From positions 64,001-128,000 of the IMG/VR virus record IMGVR_UViG_3300008952_002784: a DNA stretch of 64,000 nt; one strand, given 5' to 3'. Every line of letters begins with the position of its first letter. Within the stretch, counting starts at the first letter, position 1. The DNA is from a virus. Positions 56,189 to 64,000 of this stretch are shown here, in pieces. The translations under genes were made by a program, and so were the position numbers. The notes under the pieces are model-generated. The model had not been told where the DNA came from. It saw only the letters and a list, made by a program, of their open reading frames with translations, and ran no database searches.

Positions 56189-57559
56189 ATGAGTACAAGA
56201 CTAGACCAACAGCCAAAAAACCCTGCAGATCGAAGAAGATCTGGTTATGAGGGTACAGATATACCGGGTGACATAACAATCCCTCCCTGTACAATTGAAG
56301 ATGTAGACAGATCTGTCTTCAATCTTTTTAACGAATCAATACCACTTCAGTATGAAAAGTCAGGTGTAGTAAAGAGAACACCGGTAATTTATGCTTCTGG
56401 CGAGAGGTTTGCTGTGCTTAGAAGAAAAGAACCGCTAAGAGATAAGAATAATGCACTTATTCTCCCGCTAGTGTCTATTATGAGAACAAGCGTAACACAA
56501 GAAGTCCAAAGAGGCATGGGACCTGGTGAAGGAAGCCCAATAACTATTAAGCGTCGTCTTAATGAATCTGATCCCGTATACAAAAGATTGAAAAATCTGC
56601 ATGGATTTGCTAATCAAGATAATTTAGCATCATCAGAGCATAGAACAGGTCACTCACCAGAAAGACCCGCTGGTCCATACTCCACGGGCTCAAACCCGGG
56701 TACTGTAGCGTCTAGAAGGTCACCATCAGGGCCTACTACCAATACACGATCTGGAAAAATTCTAACTCCAAATTTGGGATCCTCAATAGTAGAAATTATC
56801 GAGATTCCACCTACGAAATTCTTCAATGTAACGTATGATGTTACATTTTGGGCACAGTATACACAGCAAATGAATGATATGATCATGGCAATGATGTCTG
56901 TTTATCAAGACAATAGAAGACGAACATTCAAATTGGAGACTGATAAGGGCTACTGGTTTGTTGGTTACGTCGGATCTGATATTTCACCGGGTAACAATTA
57001 TGATGATTTCACAGACAACGAAAGATTAGTAAGATATAGCTTTGAGATTCAAGTCGCCGGATATATGATAGCACCTGACTATTCCGGAGCACCCCCAGTT
57101 TTGAGAAGATACGTCTCAGCACCTGATATTACATTTGATGTTACGTCATTTGGCGGCAATTTGATAGGTACACCCGTACATGGACCTTTTAGTGGCGATC
57201 CGACTAGTTATATGCTTGATGACTTAGCTGCAGAGGACGATCCACTCCCGGGAAGTGGCATTGGCAGGTCATCGTTAGGCTCTGCAAGAAGTGCTATTGG
57301 TGATCCTGTTTTAGGAGCAACATATGCAGGATCCGACCTTAGGGGCATCGGGTCTAGAGCACCGACAGCTGAATCAACATCAGTAGGCGGACACACATCA
57401 GGCCCCAGTAGAGTTGATATTATTAGAATTACTAAGGATCCTTTTACCGGAAAGACAATTAGATCCATAGTCAAAGTTAAAACAAGGAACCAAAGGCAAG
57501 GAGAGACGGTATATTCTTCAGCTATTCCAATTAATCTTGGAATTTTGCTGCCAGACTGA
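56189..57559 (+). CDS. Tail terminator/sheath stabiliser (T4 gp15-like)
   Basis: Lies between gp14 and the sheath genes; PVIYASGERF, LPLVSIMR, YDVTFWAQYTQQMNDM, F.IQVAGY. Confidence 0.7.
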   Translation: MSTRLDQQPKNPADRRRSGYEGTDIPGDITIPPCTIEDVDRSVFNLFNESIPLQYEKSGVVKRTPVIYASGERFAVLRRKEPLRDKNNALILPLVSIMRTSVTQEVQRGMGPGEGSPITIKRRLNESDPVYKRLKNLHGFANQDNLASSEHRTGHSPERPAGPYSTGSNPGTVASRRSPSGPTTNTRSGKILTPNLGSSIVEIIEIPPTKFFNVTYDVTFWAQYTQQMNDMIMAMMSVYQDNRRRTFKLETDKGYWFVGYVGSDISPGNNYDDFTDNERLVRYSFEIQVAGYMIAPDYSGAPPVLRRYVSAPDITFDVTSFGGNLIGTPVHGPFSGDPTSYMLDDLAAEDDPLPGSGIGRSSLGSARSAIGDPVLGATYAGSDLRGIGSRAPTAESTSVGGHTSGPSRVDIIRITKDPFTGKTIRSIVKVKTRNQRQGETVYSSAIPINLGILLPD

Positions 57560-57591
57560 TTTACTAGTATGGAACTTTGGACCACATCGCG

Positions 57592-57599
57592 ATACTTAT
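57592..57599 (+). promoter_or_regulatory. Putative late promoter motif (ATACTTAT) upstream of sheath 1
   Basis: Recurrent motif in the intergenic gap. Confidence 0.55.
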
Positions 57600-57633
57600 C
57601 ATAGAATGATTCGCGTCTAAGGAGAGATATTCA

Positions 57634-60600
57634 ATGGCTGAACAGACATTTAAGTCACCTGGATTTTTTGAACAGGAAATTGATTTGTCCGCAACCCGGG
57701 CAACCCCGCTAGGAACACCTGCTGGTGTTATCGGTACTTCAGAAAAAGGTCCTGCATTCGTACCTGTTACTGTTGGATCCTATGCGGATTTTGAGTCTAA
57801 GTTTGGAACGCTAGATTCTAATAGATTTGGGCCCTATGCGGTACGAGAATTTCTAAAATACAAAAAATCTGCAACGTACCTTCGAGTTTTAGGTGCAGGT
57901 GCAAATTCAACAACAGCAGATATTACAACTACACGTAATAAGGGTACAGTGAAAAATGCTGGCTTTTATGTAGGTGGTACAGCAACAACATCAATGGGCT
58001 CAGCCGGCGGGCATCGTGGAGTAGTCCAATTTCTTTGTGCAGAGCACTCAGTTAATTTCGCTCACGAACAAGCTGGATATCCTGTTTTTAGTGATAATGA
58101 CTCATTTACAGGAAAATTTGGATCCAGATCAGCAGATGGTACTGTCAATCTAGTACGTGCTGTATTATTCACAACTACAGGCTCTAGATTTGAAGTTATC
58201 GACGGAAATCAACGTTATACTGATGCAGGAGGTCTAACAGGTCTTTCTGATGCAAACGGCGGGATGGACGATCTTGCAGGAATATATGATTTGGGATTGG
58301 GAGATCCTCGAACTGCCACAGGTGCAGGACACTTCAAACTAGTACTATCATGCTCTGCAGGTACTTCTTTTGCTAATGATGAATCAGCAAGCGGAAGAAG
58401 AATATATACAGCATCACTAGACCCTAGTGACAAGAACTATGTTGGAAAAATTCTCAACACAGATCCATGGAAATTTCAAGAGCAGCAGCATTTACTCTAC
58501 TTGGACTTTGCTGTTGAAAATGAATTAGCTTCAGGCTCACTAAATCCAGGATCAGTAGCACTACTTTCTGGATCAACATCTACCACATCCACCGGTGGAG
58601 ATACATCTACACAGTTCTTGCAACTGTTTGGTAGATATGATACTAGATATACGACACCACAGACGCCAGAAATTATTTCACAGCCATACGGCAAGACTGA
58701 GTACGATCTCTTTCGTTTTGAGACTATATCAGATGGTGCTTGGGGAAATGACAAAGTAAAGATTAGTATTGCCAATCTACGTGCGTCATCTGATCCTAAA
58801 AACAAGTACGGAACATTTGATGTTCAAGTAAGGAAGTTTGACGATACTGATTTGAATACTCAAATAGTTGAACACTATCCTAAGTGCACCTTAGATCCCA
58901 ATGATGAAAGATATATTGCTCGTCAAATTGGCGACAAGAAGGTTTATTATAACTTCGACGCAGACGAACCAGACGAGCGTCGCTTAGTAATACATGGAAA
59001 ATATCCAAACAGATCTAATAGAATAAGAGTTGTTATGAATAGCAAGCTGGAGGCTGGTGAAGTACCTCAAGAGGCATTGCCATTCGGCTTCAGGGGCGTC
59101 CCAGTACTCAAGACGTCAGATACTCTTACAGATTTAGGTCACTTAGCACTCAAGAATGAGCACAATATTTCGATTGGTGAGACACATTCAGCATCAAATA
59201 CTAGACTTTCATGCTCAGGTTCAACAAATCTGACAGGATCAATCGTTCCGCCATTACCATTTAGATTCAAAGTAACACGAGGTGATGTTAGTCAAACTCA
59301 TTCAGGTTACGTGGGACAAACAGGTACTAATGAAAGGGTTGATTCTAAGTTATACTGGGGTGTGAAGTTTGAAAGAATGCCAGTATCATCGTCATCACCA
59401 AGCGGTGACTTTAGTAATTCATGTTTGAACTCTAATGTAGCAGCACTGCCAAACCCGCTAATTAAGGCATATTCAAAGTTTGGAGGCATTGCCAAGCTTG
59501 ATACAGTAGTTACGGGCGGCGCAGCAGATAACTTCAACAACAATAAATTTACACTAGCGAGAGTAGCGCTTTACAACCAGTTACAAAGTGGACATATTAC
59601 ACATGTTTCCGGGACAGCAAAAGAGCACATGTTGGAAGCTGCATATATAAGAAACGGTCGTCCGGATCCAAACACATATACAGTCGATGATCCCAATAAC
59701 TTCTCTAGAGTAACACTGGCAACGCTAGTTCATTCGTCTTCGACGGTATTCAATAGATTCACAGACTATCTCAAGTTCAGTACAATGTTTTACGGCGGCT
59801 TTGATGGACTTAACATCTTAGATAAAGATAGCCACTTGATGAGAGACCGCGCAGCGTCCATGGATACAGGGGGTAAAGCAACAACTGCAACTCCCAATAT
59901 TGGATTATTTACACATGTCGCAGGATCAGGAAGAAACAACAATGTAGTTAGCTCTTACAAGCGAGCTGCACAAATTCTAACAGATCCTTTAGCGTCTAGA
60001 ATTAACGTTCTGGCCATCCCGGGTATTCGAGATTCTTTTGTAACAGATCATGTACTTTCTTATGTAAAAGATTATGGCATGGCCATTTATCTTATGGAGA
60101 TGCTCAACTATGACGTTGATGCTACACGTCTATACGATGATTCAAAAACAAAAGTAAACGTACAGGAAACAGTCGAACAATTTGATAGTCGTTCAATAGA
60201 TAATAACTACGCAGCTGCATACTTTCCAGATGTCAGAATAAATGATCCCGTCAATAACAGACATGTAAAAGTACCTGCATCTGTTGTGGCATTGGGAGCA
60301 CTGGCCTATAATGACAAAGTATCATTCCCATGGTTTGCACCTGCAGGATTCAATAGAGGTGCACTAGATAACGTCAAGAATGTTTCTGTTAGGCTTAATG
60401 CTGCTGATCGCGATGATTTGTACGATGGGAGAATCAACCCGATTGCTGTATTCCCTAATGGGGGTCACGTAATCTTTGGTCAAAAGACACTCCAACAAGC
60501 AAAGTCTGCACTAGACAGAGTAAACGTAAGAAGGCTTTTACTTGAAGTTAAAAGACTTATCGTTAATGTTGCTAGAGGTCTATTGTTTGAACAGAATACA

Positions 60601-60828
60601 CCTGAGACACGTGCGAGGTTTGTCAATCAGGCAGCACCTCTTCTTGCACTAGTCCAAGCTCAAGCGGGAATTGAATCCTTTAGGGTTGTCATGGATGACA
60701 CTAATAACACAGAGGCAGATAGAGAATCAAATAGATTGAACGGAAGAATAATAATTGTTCCTACTAGATCGATTGAGTTTATATCAATCGACTTTGTGGT
60801 CACAAATAGTGGGGTTTCATTCGAGTAA
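57634..60828 (+). CDS. Contractile tail sheath protein 1 (T4 gp18-like)
   Basis: SPGFFEQEIDLS, KGPAFVP, AAAYFPDV, PWFAPAGFNRG, GQKTLQ..SALDRVNVRRLL and PTRSIEFI. Confidence 0.95.
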   Translation: MAEQTFKSPGFFEQEIDLSATRATPLGTPAGVIGTSEKGPAFVPVTVGSYADFESKFGTLDSNRFGPYAVREFLKYKKSATYLRVLGAGANSTTADITTTRNKGTVKNAGFYVGGTATTSMGSAGGHRGVVQFLCAEHSVNFAHEQAGYPVFSDNDSFTGKFGSRSADGTVNLVRAVLFTTTGSRFEVIDGNQRYTDAGGLTGLSDANGGMDDLAGIYDLGLGDPRTATGAGHFKLVLSCSAGTSFANDESASGRRIYTASLDPSDKNYVGKILNTDPWKFQEQQHLLYLDFAVENELASGSLNPGSVALLSGSTSTTSTGGDTSTQFLQLFGRYDTRYTTPQTPEIISQPYGKTEYDLFRFETISDGAWGNDKVKISIANLRASSDPKNKYGTFDVQVRKFDDTDLNTQIVEHYPKCTLDPNDERYIARQIGDKKVYYNFDADEPDERRLVIHGKYPNRSNRIRVVMNSKLEAGEVPQEALPFGFRGVPVLKTSDTLTDLGHLALKNEHNISIGETHSASNTRLSCSGSTNLTGSIVPPLPFRFKVTRGDVSQTHSGYVGQTGTNERVDSKLYWGVKFERMPVSSSSPSGDFSNSCLNSNVAALPNPLIKAYSKFGGIAKLDTVVTGGAADNFNNNKFTLARVALYNQLQSGHITHVSGTAKEHMLEAAYIRNGRPDPNTYTVDDPNNFSRVTLATLVHSSSTVFNRFTDYLKFSTMFYGGFDGLNILDKDSHLMRDRAASMDTGGKATTATPNIGLFTHVAGSGRNNNVVSSYKRAAQILTDPLASRINVLAIPGIRDSFVTDHVLSYVKDYGMAIYLMEMLNYDVDATRLYDDSKTKVNVQETVEQFDSRSIDNNYAAAYFPDVRINDPVNNRHVKVPASVVALGALAYNDKVSFPWFAPAGFNRGALDNVKNVSVRLNAADRDDLYDGRINPIAVFPNGGHVIFGQKTLQQAKSALDRVNVRRLLLEVKRLIVNVARGLLFEQNTPETRARFVNQAAPLLALVQAQAGIESFRVVMDDTNNTEADRESNRLNGRIIIVPTRSIEFISIDFVVTNSGVSFE

Positions 60829-60831
60829 TGA

Positions 60832-60839
60832 ATACCTAT
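60832..60839 (+). promoter_or_regulatory. Putative late promoter motif (ATACCTAT) upstream of sheath 2
   Basis: Variant of the recurrent motif in the intergenic gap. Confidence 0.45.
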
Positions 60840-60876
60840 AATATGAAATTAAGATCTACAGTTAGGAGCGAACAGA

Positions 60877-63800
60877 ATGGCTGAGCTTACCTTTAAAAGC
60901 CCTGGTATAAGTACCCGAGAGATAGACCTAAGCGGTCCCACCACAATATCTCCACAAGGAACACCCGCCGGGATCATAGGAACATCACTTAAGGGTCATG
61001 CCTTTGTTCCAATCACAGTTGCAACCTATCAGGATTTTGTAGCTGAATTTGGAGGAACGGACGGTGAAAAGTTTGGTCCTTTAGCAATGAGAGAGTGGAT
61101 GAGAAGTGCACGGGCGGGAACATATGTTAGAGTTCTTGGTGTTGGGGACGGAAAGAAAAGATCAACTTCTGGTGATAACACAGGAAGAGTAAATAATGCA
61201 GGATTTACAGTCGGGCAAAGATTAGTTCAAGCTAACGGAAATGTCAGCGACAATACATATGCAGGCTCAACTAATGCTAACGGTGGTGCACTCGGTAGGT
61301 CATACTTCTTGGGGTGCTATTTATCTGATTCTAACGGCTCTACAGTGCTCAAGGGAGCAGGAATTACTGGCAAATCAATATTAGGTGCGTCAGGTTCGCA
61401 TCCGATGGTCCGAGGTGTACTTTTTGCGCCCTCCGGTGTTTTACTAGCACTTTCATCAACAGCAGTTGGTGTAGGCACAAATGATCCCGTAACAAATCTT
61501 GCAGCGTATAGTACGTTTGGCGCTTCAGCTAATGCAGGATCTGCCATAGGCTCAGTCAACTTATCAAACTCAAATCAGAACTTTGTAATGTTGCTCAACG
61601 GACATTCAGCTACTGATGAATATCCGTCAATTTACTCAGCCTCATTCGACCCGGATGCTGCACAATATTTCCACAAAGTATTCAATACTGATCCAGCAAA
61701 AATTGAAAAAGCTGGACATTATCTATACGCACATTGGAATTCATATCAGTCACATACAACTCTGACCGGATCCGGAATCACTGCGGGAATTGCGCCGACA
61801 GGATCTCTCCATGAAGCAGCATTCCTTCTTTCAGGAACACAAGGTAGAAACGCAGGAACAACTTCAGTACCTAACTTCGAAGGCTTTGAAGAAAGGTATC
61901 AAGCAGCCTTCTCCCCATGGATCGTTTCTCAAAAGTTCGGTGGACAAAGAAAGAATCTTTTCAAGTTTCATGCACTAGACGATGGAGCACGAGGAAATGA
62001 TCTTTATAAGATTACTGTAGAAAACGTCGCTGGATCAAGCAATGAAAACAACAAGTACGGAACATTTGATATTCTAGTTAGAGACTTTAGAGATTCTGAC
62101 GCTGAACCACGTGTATTTGAATCATTCAGAGCACTATCACTAGATCCGACAAGCGATAGATACATTGCTAGAATCATAGGCGACATGAATATGTACTATG
62201 ACTTTGATCAAAAAGCAGGCGCACAGAAATTAAGAATTGAGGGCACACACCCTAATAAATCATCATACGTAAGAGTTCAAGTATCAGATGATGTTGATGA
62301 TGTAAATATTGATGCAGCTTCACTTCCTGTAGGATTTCGCGGACATCATCACTTAGTAACAAGCGGTTCCGGAATTCTAGAAGGTTACCACGTAGCTGCA
62401 CATCATACAACGCAGGATAAGCTAAATAGAGCAGTACAGATGCCAGTTCCTTTCCGTGATCACTTACGATTAGGAGTGCAACCACGTGCACGCATCAACG
62501 CTGGTTTTACTTGGGGCGTTCAGTTTGAAGTAAAAGATAGCTTAGATGAACCCAACAAGAATCAAAAATTAGACGAGGGCATTAGGTCATATACCAAGTA
62601 CTTCCCTATGATGCACACTGAGTGGCAAAATGCTATGGTTGGTGACAACGCAGGCGCAGCTGATAGTAGCGGTGTGATCTTAGACTCTGATAGATTCAAT
62701 AACGGCTTATTTACTCTTGAAAATATTCAAGTTGTCACGAACTCTAGTGATCTGCCTGATCCTCTTCGCTGGGGAGCTTCTTCTTATAGACGTGATGCAA
62801 TTGCATCAGGATCACTCCAAGATACAGACGGATCTGTATATACAAATACCCGATTCTTTGACCCAGACAAGGACTTTACTCATCTACCCACTAGAAAATA
62901 TCTGAAGTTCAGCCTTTTCATGCAGGGCGGATTTGATGGCTTCAATATGTTTGACAAAGAAAAGACTAAGATGTCTGATACAGCAGTTCGACGAGAAATG
63001 ACTGATACATCTGGTCAAGGTGGAAAAGAAGGTCCGTCTATTGCATCATATCGAAAAGCAATCGATGTTATGGAAGAAAAATCAGACGTTGATATTCAAC
63101 TTCTTGCAATCCCTGGACAGAGACATGAAGCAGTTACAGATTATGCAATCGACTCAGTAGAATCTAGATTTGATGCATTACTCATTATGGACGTTGAAGA
63201 AAAAGATAACGTCAATGCATTCATTACAGGATCTTCGCAAATACCGAATGTTTCAAATACAGTAACTAGATTTGAAGCAAGAAATCTAGATAGTTCTTTT
63301 GCTGCAGCATATTATCCAGATGTCGTAATGGTTGATCCTGCTACAAATACAAACGTTGTATGCCCACCTTCAGTTGCTGTACTCGGTGCATTTTCTAGAA
63401 ACGATGCTGTTGCACATCCCTGGTTTGCTCCAGCAGGATTTTCTAGAGGAGCACTCAATGTAATAGAGTCTCAAGTCAAGCTCAATAGATCAAACTTGGA
63501 CGCACTATACGAAGCAGACATCAACCCACTAACTTCTTTCCCACACTCCCAGGGGGTTATCGTTTTCGGTCAGAAAACACTTCTAGCTGCACAATCCTCG
63601 TTGGATAGAGTAAATGTTAGAAGGCTTCTGATTGATGTTAGAAGAAAAGTTCGTAAGGTTGCTAATACAATACTCTTTGAACCAAATCGTGCTTCTACTT
63701 TGGCAAGATTCTCTGCTGCTGTAACACCGATTCTTACAAGAATTCAACAGCAACAAGGTCTAGATAGATTCAAAGTTCAAATTGACACTTCAACAACGAC

Positions 63801-63915
63801 ACAGTCAGATGTTGAAAATAACACAGTTCGAGGGAAGATCTTCCTTCAGCCCACAAGATCAGTTGAGTTTATCGCCCTCGACTTTGTCGTTACAAATCAA
63901 GGTGCAGACGTATAA
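60877..63915 (+). CDS. Contractile tail sheath protein 2 (T4 gp18-like)
   Basis: SPGISTREIDLS, PWFAPAGFSRG, GQKTL..SSLDRVNVRRLL and PTRSVEFIALDF. Confidence 0.95.
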   Translation: MAELTFKSPGISTREIDLSGPTTISPQGTPAGIIGTSLKGHAFVPITVATYQDFVAEFGGTDGEKFGPLAMREWMRSARAGTYVRVLGVGDGKKRSTSGDNTGRVNNAGFTVGQRLVQANGNVSDNTYAGSTNANGGALGRSYFLGCYLSDSNGSTVLKGAGITGKSILGASGSHPMVRGVLFAPSGVLLALSSTAVGVGTNDPVTNLAAYSTFGASANAGSAIGSVNLSNSNQNFVMLLNGHSATDEYPSIYSASFDPDAAQYFHKVFNTDPAKIEKAGHYLYAHWNSYQSHTTLTGSGITAGIAPTGSLHEAAFLLSGTQGRNAGTTSVPNFEGFEERYQAAFSPWIVSQKFGGQRKNLFKFHALDDGARGNDLYKITVENVAGSSNENNKYGTFDILVRDFRDSDAEPRVFESFRALSLDPTSDRYIARIIGDMNMYYDFDQKAGAQKLRIEGTHPNKSSYVRVQVSDDVDDVNIDAASLPVGFRGHHHLVTSGSGILEGYHVAAHHTTQDKLNRAVQMPVPFRDHLRLGVQPRARINAGFTWGVQFEVKDSLDEPNKNQKLDEGIRSYTKYFPMMHTEWQNAMVGDNAGAADSSGVILDSDRFNNGLFTLENIQVVTNSSDLPDPLRWGASSYRRDAIASGSLQDTDGSVYTNTRFFDPDKDFTHLPTRKYLKFSLFMQGGFDGFNMFDKEKTKMSDTAVRREMTDTSGQGGKEGPSIASYRKAIDVMEEKSDVDIQLLAIPGQRHEAVTDYAIDSVESRFDALLIMDVEEKDNVNAFITGSSQIPNVSNTVTRFEARNLDSSFAAAYYPDVVMVDPATNTNVVCPPSVAVLGAFSRNDAVAHPWFAPAGFSRGALNVIESQVKLNRSNLDALYEADINPLTSFPHSQGVIVFGQKTLLAAQSSLDRVNVRRLLIDVRRKVRKVANTILFEPNRASTLARFSAAVTPILTRIQQQQGLDRFKVQIDTSTTTQSDVENNTVRGKIFLQPTRSVEFIALDFVVTNQGADV

Positions 63916-63930
63916 AAAGTTTGCTAGGTG

Positions 63931-63938
63931 ATATTTAC
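63931..63938 (+). promoter_or_regulatory. Putative late promoter motif (ATATTTAC) upstream of tail tube
   Basis: Recurrent motif in the intergenic gap. Confidence 0.5.
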
Positions 63939-63969
63939 TTACATCAGATGAGATTTTAGGAGATTCCAG

Positions 63970-64000
63970 ATGGCCGAGACACTTTCAGTTTCAGATATGC
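63970..64000 (+). CDS. Probable tail tube protein (gp19-like), 5' end only
   Basis: ATG 63970 after TAGGAG and an ATATTTAC motif; reads MAETLSVSDM. Assigned from position immediately after the sheath genes. Confidence 0.5.
   Translation, partial: MAETLSVSDM

Noticed and set aside
329-62905. Numerous 60-170 aa minus-strand and alternate-frame ORFs in the ORF track
   Set aside because: They lie within or across long + strand genes, lack RBSs and recognisable motifs, and are the expected antisense shadows of Ser/Asp/Glu-rich coding sequence.
1-64000. Stop-codon reassignment, as seen in some large phages
   Set aside because: Conserved genes are full-length in the standard code, and TAA, TAG and TGA each end genes at sensible boundaries with very high coding density.
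1-64000. CRISPR array, tRNA or rRNA genes
   Set aside because: Intergenic gaps are at most about 130 nt, and I saw no regularly spaced repeats or cloverleaf/T-loop signatures.
57634-64000. Bacterial extracellular contractile injection system (suggested by the duplicated sheaths)
   Set aside because: Terminase, portal, protease and major capsid genes in the same cluster show that this is a DNA-packaging phage.

Overview
This window is a 64-kb slice of a large (probably jumbo) T4-like myophage genome. About 40 genes are tightly packed on the + strand in the standard genetic code, often with overlapping stop/start codons (TAATG, ATGA). The order is: baseplate, tail-fibre and other virion genes (1-30145); a short DNA-processing cassette (RuvC-like resolvase, primase-like protein, fused SbcD-SbcC/gp47-gp46 nuclease-ATPase); the head module (large terminase, portal interrupted by three HNH-carrying inteins, prohead protease, small probable internal head proteins, phage-encoded ribosomal protein bS21, scaffold, major capsid protein); a free-standing Hef-like homing endonuclease; a probable decoration gene with a structured 5' leader; neck genes gp13/14/15; two tandem tail-sheath paralogues; and the start of the probable tail tube gene. 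The most notable observations are the triple-intein portal (one intein ends Tyr-Gln), a recurrent intergenic ATA[T/C][T/C]TAT motif (reverse complement of the T4 late promoter), strong [S/T]-G-S enrichment in virion proteins, bS21 alongside strong Shine-Dalgarno usage, a nested in-frame start in the scaffold gene, and a candidate pseudoknot RNA. All assignments come from motif recognition and gene order by eye; no database search was run.
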